Of a DNA stretch of 64,000 nt, positions 36,772-47,150 are shown in pieces. A program made the position numbers and the translations under genes. The stretch spans positions 448,001 to 512,000 of the forward strand of contig OZ219918.1 of assembly GCA_964291415.2 (NCBI GenBank). The letters are read 5' to 3'. This DNA is from Alphaproteobacteria bacterium (lineage in GTDB: Bacteria > Pseudomonadota > Alphaproteobacteria > SP197). Below the pieces are notes generated by a model. It did not search any database, was not told the DNA's origin, and saw nothing but the letters and a program-made list of their open reading frames with translations. Positions within the stretch are counted from its first letter, which is position 1. Each line of letters starts with the position of its first letter.

Positions 36772-38784
36772 ATGACGGTTCGCACGAAGTTTCCGCGAGA
36801 GGTTCGCGAGGAACGCTATCTTCGTATTCCGGTATCGCGGGGGCGGTGCTTGGCCGGGCGCATGTGGCTGCCCGTCGACAGCAGCCATGATCCGGTGCCG
36901 GCCATCGTCGAGGCGATTCCATACAGGCGGCTCGACGGAACCATTATTCAGGACGCCCTGACACATCCCTGGTGGGCGGGTCACGGCTATGCCTCCATCC
37001 GTCTCGACCTCGCCGGCTCCGGCGATTCCGGTGGCGTGCTCCACGATGAGTATCTCGCGTGCGAGCAGGACGATCTCTGCGAGGCGCTGGCATGGATCGC
37101 AGCGCAGCCGTGGTGCAGCGGCGCCACCGGCATGGTGGGGATTTCCTGGGGAGGCTTTGCCGCTCTCCAGGTCGCCGCCCGCCGCCCGCCATCGCTCAAG
37201 GCAATCGTCACCTGCTGTTCCACGGACGACAGGTACCGTGACGATGTCCACTACATGGGCGGCTGCCTGCTCAACGATGGCATCAGCTGGGGGAGCGGCC
37301 TCTTCTCGTGCCTGTCCCGCTGGCCGGATCCTCTCATCGTCGGCGATGCATGGCGGGAGATGTGGCGGGAACGCCTCGAAACCACGGGATGCCCGATGAT
37401 CGACTGGTTCCGCCACCAGCGCCGCGACGCCTTCTGGAAACACGGTTCGATCGGCGAGGACCCGGCCGCCGTCGAGGCCGCGGTCTTCATTGTGGGCGGC
37501 TGGACGGACGGCTACACCAATGCGGCACTGCGCATGATGGAACGGCTCCAGGCGCCGCGGCGCGCCCTCATCGGGCCCTGGACCCACGTCTATCCCCACT
37601 TCGGATTCCCCGGGGAGCCGGTCGGTTTTCTCCAGGAAGCCCTGCGATGGTGGGACCGGTGGCTGAAGGACGTGGAGAACGGTATCGATCATGAGCCGGC
37701 GCTCACCGTGTGGATGCAGGAGGAGGCGACACCCCACCCGATGCACCCCGTGATCGGCGGCCACTGGATGAATGTGGACGGATGGCCGCCGGCGACGTCG
37801 TCCCGGTCCCTCTTTCCCGGCGACGGGACGCTCGACAGCGAACCGGCCCGGGACCTGGCGCACCGCGTCGCGACACCGCTCACCGGCGGCCTGGCCGGGG
37901 GCGAGTGGTGCCCCCGGGATGGCGGTGGCACCGGTCCGGAGTTCGCGTCCGACCAGGCGGTGGACGACATGCTGTCGCTCGTTTTCGACAGCGCGGTTCT
38001 CGCCGAACCGCTCGCCATCCTTGGCGCTCCGGAGGTGACACTCGATCTCGCCAGCGACCGTGCCCAGGCCCAGGTCGCCGTCCGGCTCTGCGAGGTCACG
38101 CCGGAAGGCCGGTCGGTCCGGGTGAGTTTCGGTCTTCTCAATCTGGCACACCGCCATTCCCATGAGTGGCCGGCACCGATGATTCCCGGAGAACGCGAGC
38201 GCGTTGTCGTGAGGCTGAACGACACGGCATGGCGCTTCCATCCGGGCAACAGGATTCGCCTCGCCATCGCGACCGGTTACTGGCCCATGGCCTGGCCGTC
38301 GCCGGAAACGGTCACACTGACACTCAATGTCGCAGGGTCCCTGCTTCAACTGCCGGTGATCCGGGAGACCAGGGTCGCGGCCGCTCCCGCCGGGCCCGAA
38401 TTCGCGGCGGATCACCCGGTGACCGTGCTCGAGAAGGAAGAAGCGCGCCTGACGGTCACGAGAGACCTGGGTCCAGGCGAGGTGCAGTTCCACCGCATCG
38501 ACGACACCGGTCGGGTCCGTCTCGATGACATCGATCTCGTGGTGTCCAAGAGGTCGGAAGAGATTTTCCGCATTCGCGAGGACGACCCCTCGAGCGCGCG
38601 CACCGACATGGTCCGCATCGCCAGGGCGGAACGCGGCGACTGGCGGCCCGGGACGGCGGCGCGGATGACCGTCACGTGCGATTCCGAGACCTTCCATATC
38701 GCCGCCACGCTCGAGGCGTTCGACCATGACAGGCGTTTTCTGGCGCGCCAGTGGAACGAGTCCGTTCCGCGAGATCACATGTGA
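36772..38784 (+). CDS. CocE/NonD family hydrolase (X-Pro dipeptidyl-peptidase-like)
   Basis: PYRR, GISWGG nucleophile, GGWTDGY, IGPWTH, C-terminal PepX-like domain. Confidence 0.9.
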   Translation: MTVRTKFPREVREERYLRIPVSRGRCLAGRMWLPVDSSHDPVPAIVEAIPYRRLDGTIIQDALTHPWWAGHGYASIRLDLAGSGDSGGVLHDEYLACEQDDLCEALAWIAAQPWCSGATGMVGISWGGFAALQVAARRPPSLKAIVTCCSTDDRYRDDVHYMGGCLLNDGISWGSGLFSCLSRWPDPLIVGDAWREMWRERLETTGCPMIDWFRHQRRDAFWKHGSIGEDPAAVEAAVFIVGGWTDGYTNAALRMMERLQAPRRALIGPWTHVYPHFGFPGEPVGFLQEALRWWDRWLKDVENGIDHEPALTVWMQEEATPHPMHPVIGGHWMNVDGWPPATSSRSLFPGDGTLDSEPARDLAHRVATPLTGGLAGGEWCPRDGGGTGPEFASDQAVDDMLSLVFDSAVLAEPLAILGAPEVTLDLASDRAQAQVAVRLCEVTPEGRSVRVSFGLLNLAHRHSHEWPAPMIPGERERVVVRLNDTAWRFHPGNRIRLAIATGYWPMAWPSPETVTLTLNVAGSLLQLPVIRETRVAAAPAGPEFAADHPVTVLEKEEARLTVTRDLGPGEVQFHRIDDTGRVRLDDIDLVVSKRSEEIFRIREDDPSSARTDMVRIARAERGDWRPGTAARMTVTCDSETFHIAATLEAFDHDRRFLARQWNESVPRDHM

Positions 38785-38871
38785 TGGAAGGCCGCTTCAA
38801 CACGATGACAGGAGCTCGCCGGGTTCTCCGCCCGGCCGCGGAGCCGTCACCCGCCGGTTCGGGAGAGTCGG

Positions 38872-40386
38872 TTGAGACGGCGGGACGCCAAGAGACGGGC
38901 GCGACGCCCTGCGAGCGACCTCGTGCCGCAGACGCCGTGGCGGCGCCTCGTGAATCCCTATCCGCCGCTTGGAATCCTCTCCGCCGACCATCTCGAGTCC
39001 ATTCATGACACGTCGTTGCGCGTTCTCGAGGAGCTCGGAATCGAGTTCCTGCTCGACGAGGCCCGCGAACACCTCAAGGCGGTCGGCGCCGAGGTGACGG
39101 GCCAATGCGTGCGTTTCGACCGGGCGCTGGTCATGGAACTGGTGTCACGGGCTCCGCCGGAGTTCACGCTTCATCCGCGCAACCCCGAGCGCGCCGTCAC
39201 CTTCGGCGGCAACCACATCGCCTTCAATTCGGTGGGCGGTCCGGCGAACGCCAGCGATCTCGACGGCGGCCGCCGGCAGGGAAACTTCGCGGACTTCAAG
39301 AACTACATTCGGCTGATACAGAGTCTCGATGTCCTGCACCTGTGTGGCGGCGTTCCCATAGCGCCGATCGATCTGGATGCCGAGACACGCCATCTCGACT
39401 GCATTCAGGCGATCCTGACGCTCTCCGACAAGGTCTGGCACGCCTCGGGCCTGGGCCGCAAGCGGGTGAGCGATGCCGTCGACATGCTGGCCATCGCGCG
39501 GGGCGTCTCGCGGGAGGAGGTGCGCCGGAAACCCGGGTTCTTCACCACAATCAATGTCAATTCGCCGCGGCGCATCGACGGCCCCATGCTCGAAGGGCTG
39601 ATCGAGGCGGCAACCAACGGCCAGGCGGTCTCGTTGACACCCTTCACGCTTTCCGGCGCCATGAGTCCCGCAACCCTTCCAGGCTCGCTGGTCCAGCAGA
39701 ACGCCGAAGCGCTGGCGGGCATCGCCTTCGCCCAGGTCGTTGCTCCCGGAGCGCCGGTCTTCTATGGCAGTTTCACCAGCAACGTCGACATGAGGACGGG
39801 CGCACCGGCTTTCGGGACACCGGAGTACACCAGGGCCACGCTGGTGAGCGGTCAGCTGGCCCGCCGCTACAATCTCCCCTACCGCTCCAGCAACACGAAC
39901 GCTTCGAATACCGTCGATGCCCAGGCAGCCTATGAATCCCAGATGTCGATCTGGGGCGCCGTGCTGGGCCACGCCAACCTCCTTCACCATGCCGCCGGCT
40001 GGCTCGAGGGGGGGCTGACGGCCAGCTTCGAGAAGGCGGTGCTCGATGCCGAGATGCTGCAGATGATCGGCGAGTTTCTGCAGCCCCTCGTCGTCGATGA
40101 CGAGACTCTCGCCTTCGATGCCATTGCCGAGGTTCAGCCAGGCGGGCACTTCTTTGGCGCGCAACATACCCTTCGCCACTACGACACCGCGTTCTACCAG
40201 CCCATGCTGTCCGACTGGCGCAATTTCGAAACCTGGCACGAGGACGGCGCCAGGAACGCGACCAGCCGGGCCAACCGGATCTGGAAGGACCTGCTGCGGC
40301 GCTTCGAGCCGCCGCCGCTCGATCCTGCACGCGCCGAGGAACTCGAGGCATTCGTGCGTCGACGCAAGGAAGAGGAAGCACCATGA
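38872..40386 (+). CDS. trimethylamine methyltransferase (MttB) superfamily, non-pyrrolysine type
   Basis: NVNSPRR, TPFTLSGAMSP, QQNAEALAG, DMRTGAPAFGTPE, HAAGWLEGGL; no in-frame amber codon; TTG start uncertain. Confidence 0.9.
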   Translation: MRRRDAKRRARRPASDLVPQTPWRRLVNPYPPLGILSADHLESIHDTSLRVLEELGIEFLLDEAREHLKAVGAEVTGQCVRFDRALVMELVSRAPPEFTLHPRNPERAVTFGGNHIAFNSVGGPANASDLDGGRRQGNFADFKNYIRLIQSLDVLHLCGGVPIAPIDLDAETRHLDCIQAILTLSDKVWHASGLGRKRVSDAVDMLAIARGVSREEVRRKPGFFTTINVNSPRRIDGPMLEGLIEAATNGQAVSLTPFTLSGAMSPATLPGSLVQQNAEALAGIAFAQVVAPGAPVFYGSFTSNVDMRTGAPAFGTPEYTRATLVSGQLARRYNLPYRSSNTNASNTVDAQAAYESQMSIWGAVLGHANLLHHAAGWLEGGLTASFEKAVLDAEMLQMIGEFLQPLVVDDETLAFDAIAEVQPGGHFFGAQHTLRHYDTAFYQPMLSDWRNFETWHEDGARNATSRANRIWKDLLRRFEPPPLDPARAEELEAFVRRRKEEEAP

Positions 40387-41519
40387 ACGAGAACCTGTTC
40401 GACCCGCATCGCTACGCGGCCACCAGACGGCCGTTGCTGGAGGCCGAGACACTTCCCGGGGAGTGCTACACCTCCGAGGGCTTCTTCCGCCGCGAGGTGG
40501 AGACGATTTTCATGAAGTGCTGGAACTTCATCGGCCGGGAGGACCGGGTGCCGGAGCCGGGCTGCTATTTTTCCCTCGACTTCGTCGGCATCCCCGTCGT
40601 CATCGTGCGTGGCCGGGATTCAAGGGTCCGCGCCTTCGCCAACACCTGTCGGCACCGCGGCGCCCGGGTGGTGTCGGGCGAGGGCCGGTCTCACACCTTT
40701 TCCTGCCCCTACCACGCCTGGACATACGCCATCGACGACGGACGCCTCATCGGCGCCATGGACATGGAGGAGACGACCGGCTTCGACCGCAAGCATTTCG
40801 GTCTCATCGAACTCAGGCTGGAAATCTGGGCCGGGTTCATGTTCCTGAACTTCGATTCCGAGGCCGAATCGCTGGAGTCCTGGCTCGGCGATCTTCCCCG
40901 GATTCTCGCCCCTTACGATCTTGACGCCATGGTGACGACGAGGCGCGTCAGTTATGACCTCGACTGCAACTGGAAGGTCTATGTCGAAAACGCGATGGAG
41001 AGCTACCATGTTCCCACCGTTCACCAGCAGACCATCCAGAAGCAGAAACGCGATCACAATCCGCCGATTGAGGCCGATGGCCAGTACTGCGGGCTGTTCA
41101 CCCGCCACAAGGGGAGCCGCGCCCTGCTCGAGGGCATGAAGGGCTTCCCCCATATCCCCACCCTCGAGGGGCGCTCGGCCGAGGGCACCTACTACATCCT
41201 TCTCTATCCCTCGACCATGTTCGGCCTGACCTACGACTGCATGTGGTGGCTTGAACTCCATCCGCTCTCGGCCGGGAAGACGCGGCTGATCGTCGGATCC
41301 TGCTTTCCCGATTCGACCGCACAGCGCAGCGATTTCGCCGAGCTGGCGCCCAACTACTACGAGCGCTGGAACCGGTCGATCGTCGAGGACAACGACGTCT
41401 CCAATCTCCAGCAGATCGGCCTTTGCTCGCCCTTTGTCTCGCCAGGCAGGTTCAGCCACCTCGAACCCCTGGTTCACGCCATCGACAACTGGGTCCTCGA
41501 CCGCGTGCTCGATCCATGA
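40383..41519 (+). CDS. Rieske non-heme iron oxygenase alpha subunit (choline monooxygenase/GbcA-like)
   Basis: CRHRG..CPYH Rieske motif, NWK..ENAMESYHVPTVH, ED. Confidence 0.9.
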   Translation: MNENLFDPHRYAATRRPLLEAETLPGECYTSEGFFRREVETIFMKCWNFIGREDRVPEPGCYFSLDFVGIPVVIVRGRDSRVRAFANTCRHRGARVVSGEGRSHTFSCPYHAWTYAIDDGRLIGAMDMEETTGFDRKHFGLIELRLEIWAGFMFLNFDSEAESLESWLGDLPRILAPYDLDAMVTTRRVSYDLDCNWKVYVENAMESYHVPTVHQQTIQKQKRDHNPPIEADGQYCGLFTRHKGSRALLEGMKGFPHIPTLEGRSAEGTYYILLYPSTMFGLTYDCMWWLELHPLSAGKTRLIVGSCFPDSTAQRSDFAELAPNYYERWNRSIVEDNDVSNLQQIGLCSPFVSPGRFSHLEPLVHAIDNWVLDRVLDP

Positions 41520-42505
41520 CACTGAAGGTTCACGTCAGCTTCCTTTCCGCCCAGGCGCGCGTCTTCCACGTGACCGAGGATCTGGTGGCGGAGGCGTCGG
41601 CGCGTCATCCGGACCTCGCGCGCCATGTCCGTTTCGACTGGAGCGTGGACCATGACCGCTTTGCCGAAGGCGTGGCTGACGCCGACATCCTGATCGGCTG
41701 GCGGTTTCCCATGCGCGAACTCAGGTCCATGGCGCCGAGGCTCACGTGGATCACGCTCACCGGAGCCGGAACCGAACACCTGCAGCCCTTCGACTGGACC
41801 TGGCGGGGCCTTGCCATCACCAACAACAGCGGCGTCCATGGCTCGAAAGCTGCCGAGTTTGCCGCGGCGTCGGTGCTCGCCATGGCGCACGGACTGCCGC
41901 ACTTCGCCCATGCCAAGGCCGAGCGGCGGTGGTCGCGGCGGTTCACCACCCGGATCGAGGGCGGGACAGCCGTCGTGATCGGCCTGGGCGGCATGGGCGG
42001 CCCGACGGCGCGCTGGCTGCGTCAGCGCCTCGCCATGAATGTGATCGGCGTCACGCGCCGCGGCCAGCCTTTCCGCTGGGCCGATCGCGTGGTCGCCGTC
42101 GATGCCATCGACACGGTACTGGGCGAGGCCGATACCGTCGTCGTGATGGCGCCGCTCACGCCGGAGACCCGCAACCTTCTGGATCGCCGCCGGCTCTCGC
42201 TGATGAAACCGGGGGCGACGCTCCTCAACATGGGGCGGGCTGCGATCGTCGACGTCGATGCGCTCGGCGACCTTCTCGAAAGCGGTCATCTCGCAGCGGC
42301 CCATCTCGATGTCTTCGACCCCGAACCGCTGCCTCCCGACTCGCGCCTGTGGACGGTCCCCGATCTCTTCATGTCGCCCCACTGCTCGTCAGACGATGTC
42401 AGGACCTACATTCCCGACACGCTGGATCTCTTCTTCGACAACCTTTCCCGCCGGATTCGCGGCGCCCGGCTGCGCAACCGAATCAGCACCGTGCACCGGT
42501 ACTGA
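41516..42505 (+). CDS. D-2-hydroxyacid dehydrogenase family protein
   Basis: GLGGMG, PLTPET, NMGR, LDVFDPEPL, SPH. Confidence 0.88.
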   Translation: MTLKVHVSFLSAQARVFHVTEDLVAEASARHPDLARHVRFDWSVDHDRFAEGVADADILIGWRFPMRELRSMAPRLTWITLTGAGTEHLQPFDWTWRGLAITNNSGVHGSKAAEFAAASVLAMAHGLPHFAHAKAERRWSRRFTTRIEGGTAVVIGLGGMGGPTARWLRQRLAMNVIGVTRRGQPFRWADRVVAVDAIDTVLGEADTVVVMAPLTPETRNLLDRRRLSLMKPGATLLNMGRAAIVDVDALGDLLESGHLAAAHLDVFDPEPLPPDSRLWTVPDLFMSPHCSSDDVRTYIPDTLDLFFDNLSRRIRGARLRNRISTVHRY

Positions 42506-42507
42506 CG

Positions 42508-42936
42508 ATGGTGGCGCACGAACGCTTCCGGGTCTTCGACACCGACCAGTGGTATCGCGGTCAGCAGAAACTGGGATCGCGCCTCGCCATGGTGGTGCGC
42601 GCCGGGCGCTGGCTGGCGATACGCGGCCAGACCGGGCACGATCTTGACGGCACGTTCCATGGTCGAGGTGACGTCGCCTGCCAGACCGGGCAGGCGATGA
42701 AGAACCTCAGGACTCTGCTCGCGGAAGCGGGTGGCAACCTCGAGGACGTCTGCAAGGTCCGGCTGTGGGTGAGGGACCGCGCCTTCATCGAACCGGCATC
42801 AAGGGTGCTTGGCCAGCACTTCCGCGGCATTCCCATCATCCTCGATACGGCCGTCATCAGCGCCTTTGCCCGCCCCTGGCTCGACATGGAAATCGACGTC
42901 TGGGCCGTGCTGCAAGACCGGGACAGACAGCGTTGA
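42508..42936 (+). CDS. RidA/YjgF family protein
   Basis: RGQTG, GDV..QT..AM.N...LL.EAG, MEIDV; start at ATG 42508. Confidence 0.8.
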   Translation: MVAHERFRVFDTDQWYRGQQKLGSRLAMVVRAGRWLAIRGQTGHDLDGTFHGRGDVACQTGQAMKNLRTLLAEAGGNLEDVCKVRLWVRDRAFIEPASRVLGQHFRGIPIILDTAVISAFARPWLDMEIDVWAVLQDRDRQR

Positions 42937-43150
42937 AGAGGAAGTTCCCGGTTTGCGACGGTGGATTGGTTCAGGCACATCGGCTCCTGCTGTCTCTTGA
43001 CCGAAGGGCATCATCGCCGTCCTCATCGTGACCGGATCTCGCCTTTGCTGCATGGCGGGGAGATTGTGGTGTTCAACGTCTGCATCACTTGGTCGATACA
43101 CCGCCGCCACGCTGTCAATGCGATCCACCGAATCACAGGGATGAACGAAG

Positions 43151-43621
43151 TCAATCCGGCTCGCCGTGCTCTGCGTGGTAGCGATGTCGGCCCAGCCGTT
43201 CCTGGTAGTCATGCGTGCGCCAGTCCGCACGGAACAGCCATTGCTCTTCCGACTGCCGTTGGGCGAGGACCGGATCAATCTCCACTTCGTCGAATCCGCT
43301 TCGCCGCGCCATGGCGAATTGATCCGCGAGGATGCGGCCTGCCGCACGCAGCCGGCCCCGGTAGCCCAGCAGCCGCAGGTAGCGAGCGAGCGAGAAGCCC
43401 CGACCGTCCATGTGTGACGGGAAGGCAATGCGAATGAGGGCGATGCGCCCGAAGAGGGGTGCGATGTCTTCGGCCGGCGCGGTGTTCTCGACATCCAGCG
43501 CCGCGCAATCAGGCAGAGCGCCGTGGCCGTCATCTCCAGGCCACTGGACAAATTCACCGCGCCAGTCGTCGTCCTGGAACCCTGTATCGCGGACAAGAAT
43601 TCCGGAGTTTCGGCGTTCCAT
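43151..43621 (-). CDS. DUF934 family protein (sulfite reductase partner)
   Basis: I.FPSHMDGRGFSLAR.LR, LRAAG..LADQ, RRSGFD; synteny. Confidence 0.85.
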   Translation of the reverse strand: MERRNSGILVRDTGFQDDDWRGEFVQWPGDDGHGALPDCAALDVENTAPAEDIAPLFGRIALIRIAFPSHMDGRGFSLARYLRLLGYRGRLRAAGRILADQFAMARRSGFDEVEIDPVLAQRQSEEQWLFRADWRTHDYQERLGRHRYHAEHGEPD

Positions 43622-43624
43622 GGG

Positions 43625-45295
43625 CTAGCGTCCCGCGGCCAGGGCGGTGTCGGAATAGAGCGCCGCCTTGAAGGGCTGCATGCCGACGCGCCGGTAGGTG
43701 GCGAGAAAGGCCTCATCATCGTTCGTGCGGAGTTCGAGGTAGGTGTCGATCAGCCGCTCCACGGCAGGAACGACGTCGTCCGCCGCAAACCCGGGACCTG
43801 TGCGTTCGCCGAGCGAGGCCGTTTCCGTTCCGTCGCCACCGAGAGTGATCTGGTAGTTCTCGACGCCGGCGCGATCAAGGCCGAGAATGCCGATGTGTCC
43901 GACATGATGGTGTCCGCAGGCGTTGATGCAGCCCGATATCTTGATCTTGAGATCGCCGATCCGGCGTTCGTCCTCGCGCTCCTTCATTCGAGTGGCAATA
44001 CCCTGGGCGATCGGAATGGAGCGGGCGGTGGCGAGATTGCAGTAGTCCATTCCCGGGCAGGCTATGATGTCCGATGCCAGCCCGACATTGGCGGTGGCAA
44101 GTTCCGCCTTGCGCAACGCCGCGTGCACCGCCGGTACATCGCGCTTGTGCACGTGGGGCAGAATGCAGTTCTGCTCGTGACTGATCCGGATCTCGTCATG
44201 GCCATAGCCCTCCGCCAGGTCGGCGATGACGCGCATCTGCTCTGCCGTGGCATCGCCCGGAGTGGCGCCGTGGGCCTTGAGCGAGATGGTGACGATCGCG
44301 TACCCGGGATTTCGGTGCGCATGGAGATTGGTATCGACGAACGACCGGAAGACCGGATCGCGCGCGAGCGCCGTGTCGAATGCACCGGTTGGCGCCTCGA
44401 TGAAGGCCGGAGCGGCGAACATCGCGTCAATACGCCTGAGGAGAGCACGGTCCGCGCCTGCGAATGCGTCCCGCTGAATCCGGAAGCGTTGCTCGACGCT
44501 CTCGCGAAAGGCCTCGATCCCGTGCTCGCTGACCGTGATCTTGATGCGCGCCTTGTAGATGTTGTCGCGGCGCCCGACGGCGTTGTAGACCTGCAGGATG
44601 GACTCGATGTAGGGCAACAGGTCCGCCTCGGGCAGGAAGTCGCGGATGACCGTACCGATCATCGGGGTGCGCCCGAGGCCACCGCCGACGCAGACCTCGA
44701 AGCCGGACTCGCCTGAACCATTGCGGATCATGCGGAGTCCGATGTCGTGCGCCCGGGTCACGGCGCGGTCGATGGGGGATCCACTCACCGCGATCTTGAA
44801 TTTCCTGGGCAGGAACGCGAATTCCGGGTGATCGGTCGACCACTGCCGCAGCAGTTCGGCGGTCGGGCGCGGATCGGCGATTTCGTCGGCGGCCGCGCCG
44901 GCGAAGTGATCGGCGGTGACGTTGCGAACGCAGTTGCCGGATGTCTGGATCGCATGCATCTCCACGTCCGCGAGAGCGTCGAGGATATCCGGCACGTCCT
45001 TCAGCCTGGGCCAGTTGAACTGGATGTTCTGGCGTGTCGTGAAGTGTCCGTATCCCTTGTCCCAGCGTTCCGCGATGTGGGCCAGCTGCCGCATCTGTCG
45101 GCCGTCGAGCGTTCCGTAGGGGATGGCGACGCGAAGCATGTAGGCGTGCAGCTGCAGGTAGAGTCCGTTCATCAGCCGCAGCGGCTTGAATTCCTCCTCG
45201 GTCAGGGAGCCCTCAATGCGGCGTTCCACCTGCTGGCGGAACTGTGCCACCCGAGCGCGCACGAATTCCCGGTCGAAGCTGTCGTATCTGTACAT
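43625..45295 (-). CDS. cysI: sulfite reductase hemoprotein (siroheme, 4Fe-4S)
   Basis: RLMNGLYLQLHAYMLR, HFTTRQN, TSGNCVRN, LPRKFK, CPGMDYC, SGCINACG. Confidence 0.93.
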   Translation of the reverse strand: MYRYDSFDREFVRARVAQFRQQVERRIEGSLTEEEFKPLRLMNGLYLQLHAYMLRVAIPYGTLDGRQMRQLAHIAERWDKGYGHFTTRQNIQFNWPRLKDVPDILDALADVEMHAIQTSGNCVRNVTADHFAGAAADEIADPRPTAELLRQWSTDHPEFAFLPRKFKIAVSGSPIDRAVTRAHDIGLRMIRNGSGESGFEVCVGGGLGRTPMIGTVIRDFLPEADLLPYIESILQVYNAVGRRDNIYKARIKITVSEHGIEAFRESVEQRFRIQRDAFAGADRALLRRIDAMFAAPAFIEAPTGAFDTALARDPVFRSFVDTNLHAHRNPGYAIVTISLKAHGATPGDATAEQMRVIADLAEGYGHDEIRISHEQNCILPHVHKRDVPAVHAALRKAELATANVGLASDIIACPGMDYCNLATARSIPIAQGIATRMKEREDERRIGDLKIKISGCINACGHHHVGHIGILGLDRAGVENYQITLGGDGTETASLGERTGPGFAADDVVPAVERLIDTYLELRTNDDEAFLATYRRVGMQPFKAALYSDTALAAGR

Positions 45296-45298
45296 GCG

Positions 45299-45601
45299 TC
45301 AACTCCCCGCCTGCTTGCCGTGGCAGTAGTTGGAGGGCCCCGTTGCGCGAAGAACCTCCCGGACATGGATAGGTTCCGGCCCCAGACGACGTCCGGGCGC
45401 GGCCACCGCCAGATAGGGACCGACGATGGCATCTTCCTGCGCCTCGGCCGCCGCAAGGCTTCGGTTCGCTTCGTCCTCGTCCTCGAAGAGGCGCGCGTCG
45501 CCTGGGCGGCGCGTCCATGCGCCATCGCGCGCAAGGTAGACGACTTCGCCATCAAGGAGGTCGTTTGCGGTCAGAACGCAGGGCCTGAAAGAGCGGGCCA
45601 T
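45299..45601 (-). CDS. DUF2849 family protein
   Basis: LTANDLLDGEVVY, IVGPY, RE..RA.GPS; synteny. Confidence 0.85.
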   Translation of the reverse strand: MARSFRPCVLTANDLLDGEVVYLARDGAWTRRPGDARLFEDEDEANRSLAAAEAQEDAIVGPYLAVAAPGRRLGPEPIHVREVLRATGPSNYCHGKQAGS

Positions 45602-47004
45602 CAGACAGCCTCCCGGCGGACGCCGAAGCCGGCTTCAGCCCTCCGCGTGGCGACGCGTGGCAGGATGCCGAGCATCAGCACCACCGGTCCCTCAGGGCGT
45701 GCCTCGTCCAGCGCGTCGGGCAGGCCGAGCAGCGTCGTCGCGACGATCCGCTTGTCCTGACGCGAGGCGTTCTCGACGATCGTGACCGGGGTTGACGGCG
45801 CAGCCCCGCGCATCAGCAGTCGCCCGCGCAGGAAGGCGGCCGCCCGCTTGCCCATGTAGATCGCGGCGACGGACCCGGGCCGGGCAAGGGCAGCCCAGTC
45901 ATGCTCGGCGAACCCGTCAACATCGTGGGCCGTGATGAGGCGAAGTTCCGAATTGCGTCCACGCCGTGTGAGCGAGACCCCCATGTCTGCAGCCGCCCCG
46001 GCGGCGGCCGTGATTCCTGGAACAACCTCCCAGGGGATCTGCGCAGCCTCCAGCGCCTCGATCTCTTCGTCCAGCCTGCCAAGCACCGCCGGATCGCCGG
46101 ACTTGAGGCGGATCACGTGCTGTCCTTTCCGGGCGCGACGTACCAGCAGCGCGTTGATGCGCGCTTGTGACCACGACGGGCCGTATCCCGATTTGCCTGC
46201 GCAGACGCGCTCTGCCTCCCGACGTGCGAGCTCAAGCACCTGCGCGGAGACCAGCCGGTCATGCACCACGATGTCCGCCTCATGCAGAAGGTTGCGCGCC
46301 TTGAGCGTGAGCAGTTCCGGATCTCCCGGTCCGGCGCCAACGAAGGAGACCAGTCCGGGAGGGTGGTCCGCGATTGCCGCCTCGTCGAGCAGCGAACGGA
46401 GCGTTTCGCGGGCACCGTTCCTGCCCTCCCTGGCATAGCTTCGAGGGCCGCGCCGGAAGAAGTACTCGGACCAGAGCGCCCGTCGCATCCGGCCCGTAGG
46501 CACGCTCTCGCACCTGTGCCGGAATGCCTGTCCGATGCGCGCGAGAGGCCCGAGGCAAGTCGGCAGCTGCGCCTCGATTGCCGCCTTGAGGTTTCGGGCC
46601 AGTACGGGAGCCGTCCCTTCGGTTCCAATGGCCACCGTGACCGGATCGCGATCCACGATGGCGGGCGTGATGAAGTCGCTGCCTTCGAGATTGTCGACAA
46701 TGTTGACGGGGATCCCGTGCCGCCGCGCCAGCGCGGCAGCGCGCGCATCCTCCGTGGAATCACGGTTCGCGCAGTAGATGAGTGCCGCACCGGCGAGATC
46801 GCCGGATTCCACGCGACGCGCATTGTGGCGCAACGCGCCTTCACGGTGCCATGCCAGGATTTCAGGATCCGGGTCCGGGCCGAACACGGAGATCCTGGCA
46901 TCGCTCTTCAGAAGCAGGCGCAGCTTGGCCACCGCAACCTGCCCGATGCCGGAGACGACGACGCGCCGGCCCGCGAGGCGAAGGAAGATCGGAAAATGCT
47001 GCAC
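45601..47004 (-). CDS. cysG: siroheme synthase
   Basis: FPIF, NIVD..DFITPAIVDR, VGAGPGDPELLT, RLKSGDP, VPGITAA. Confidence 0.93.
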   Translation of the reverse strand: MQHFPIFLRLAGRRVVVSGIGQVAVAKLRLLLKSDARISVFGPDPDPEILAWHREGALRHNARRVESGDLAGAALIYCANRDSTEDARAAALARRHGIPVNIVDNLEGSDFITPAIVDRDPVTVAIGTEGTAPVLARNLKAAIEAQLPTCLGPLARIGQAFRHRCESVPTGRMRRALWSEYFFRRGPRSYAREGRNGARETLRSLLDEAAIADHPPGLVSFVGAGPGDPELLTLKARNLLHEADIVVHDRLVSAQVLELARREAERVCAGKSGYGPSWSQARINALLVRRARKGQHVIRLKSGDPAVLGRLDEEIEALEAAQIPWEVVPGITAAAGAAADMGVSLTRRGRNSELRLITAHDVDGFAEHDWAALARPGSVAAIYMGKRAAAFLRGRLLMRGAAPSTPVTIVENASRQDKRIVATTLLGLPDALDEARPEGPVVLMLGILPRVATRRAEAGFGVRREAV

Positions 47005-47150
47005 GGTGACTGCCCGTTACCGTTTTCGCTTGGTGTCAGCGAAGTGTACAGATTTTCTAAACGATTGACAGACAGTCCGGAAAATATGGACAGAATTCAA
47101 GACTGGTGGTTAGCTACAGAAATAACTCTCCATTTGTGACGGAGGCGGCG

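Noticed and set aside
36604-38778. Long antisense ORFs (e.g. 36604-38778, 21387-23081, 51682-53415, 60808-62298)
   Set aside because: Shadow frames of well-supported genes, expected at high GC; no recognisable motifs.
38872-40386. Pyrrolysine recoding in the MttB homologue
   Set aside because: The ORF is uninterrupted with no in-frame TAG, and no pyl genes are present.
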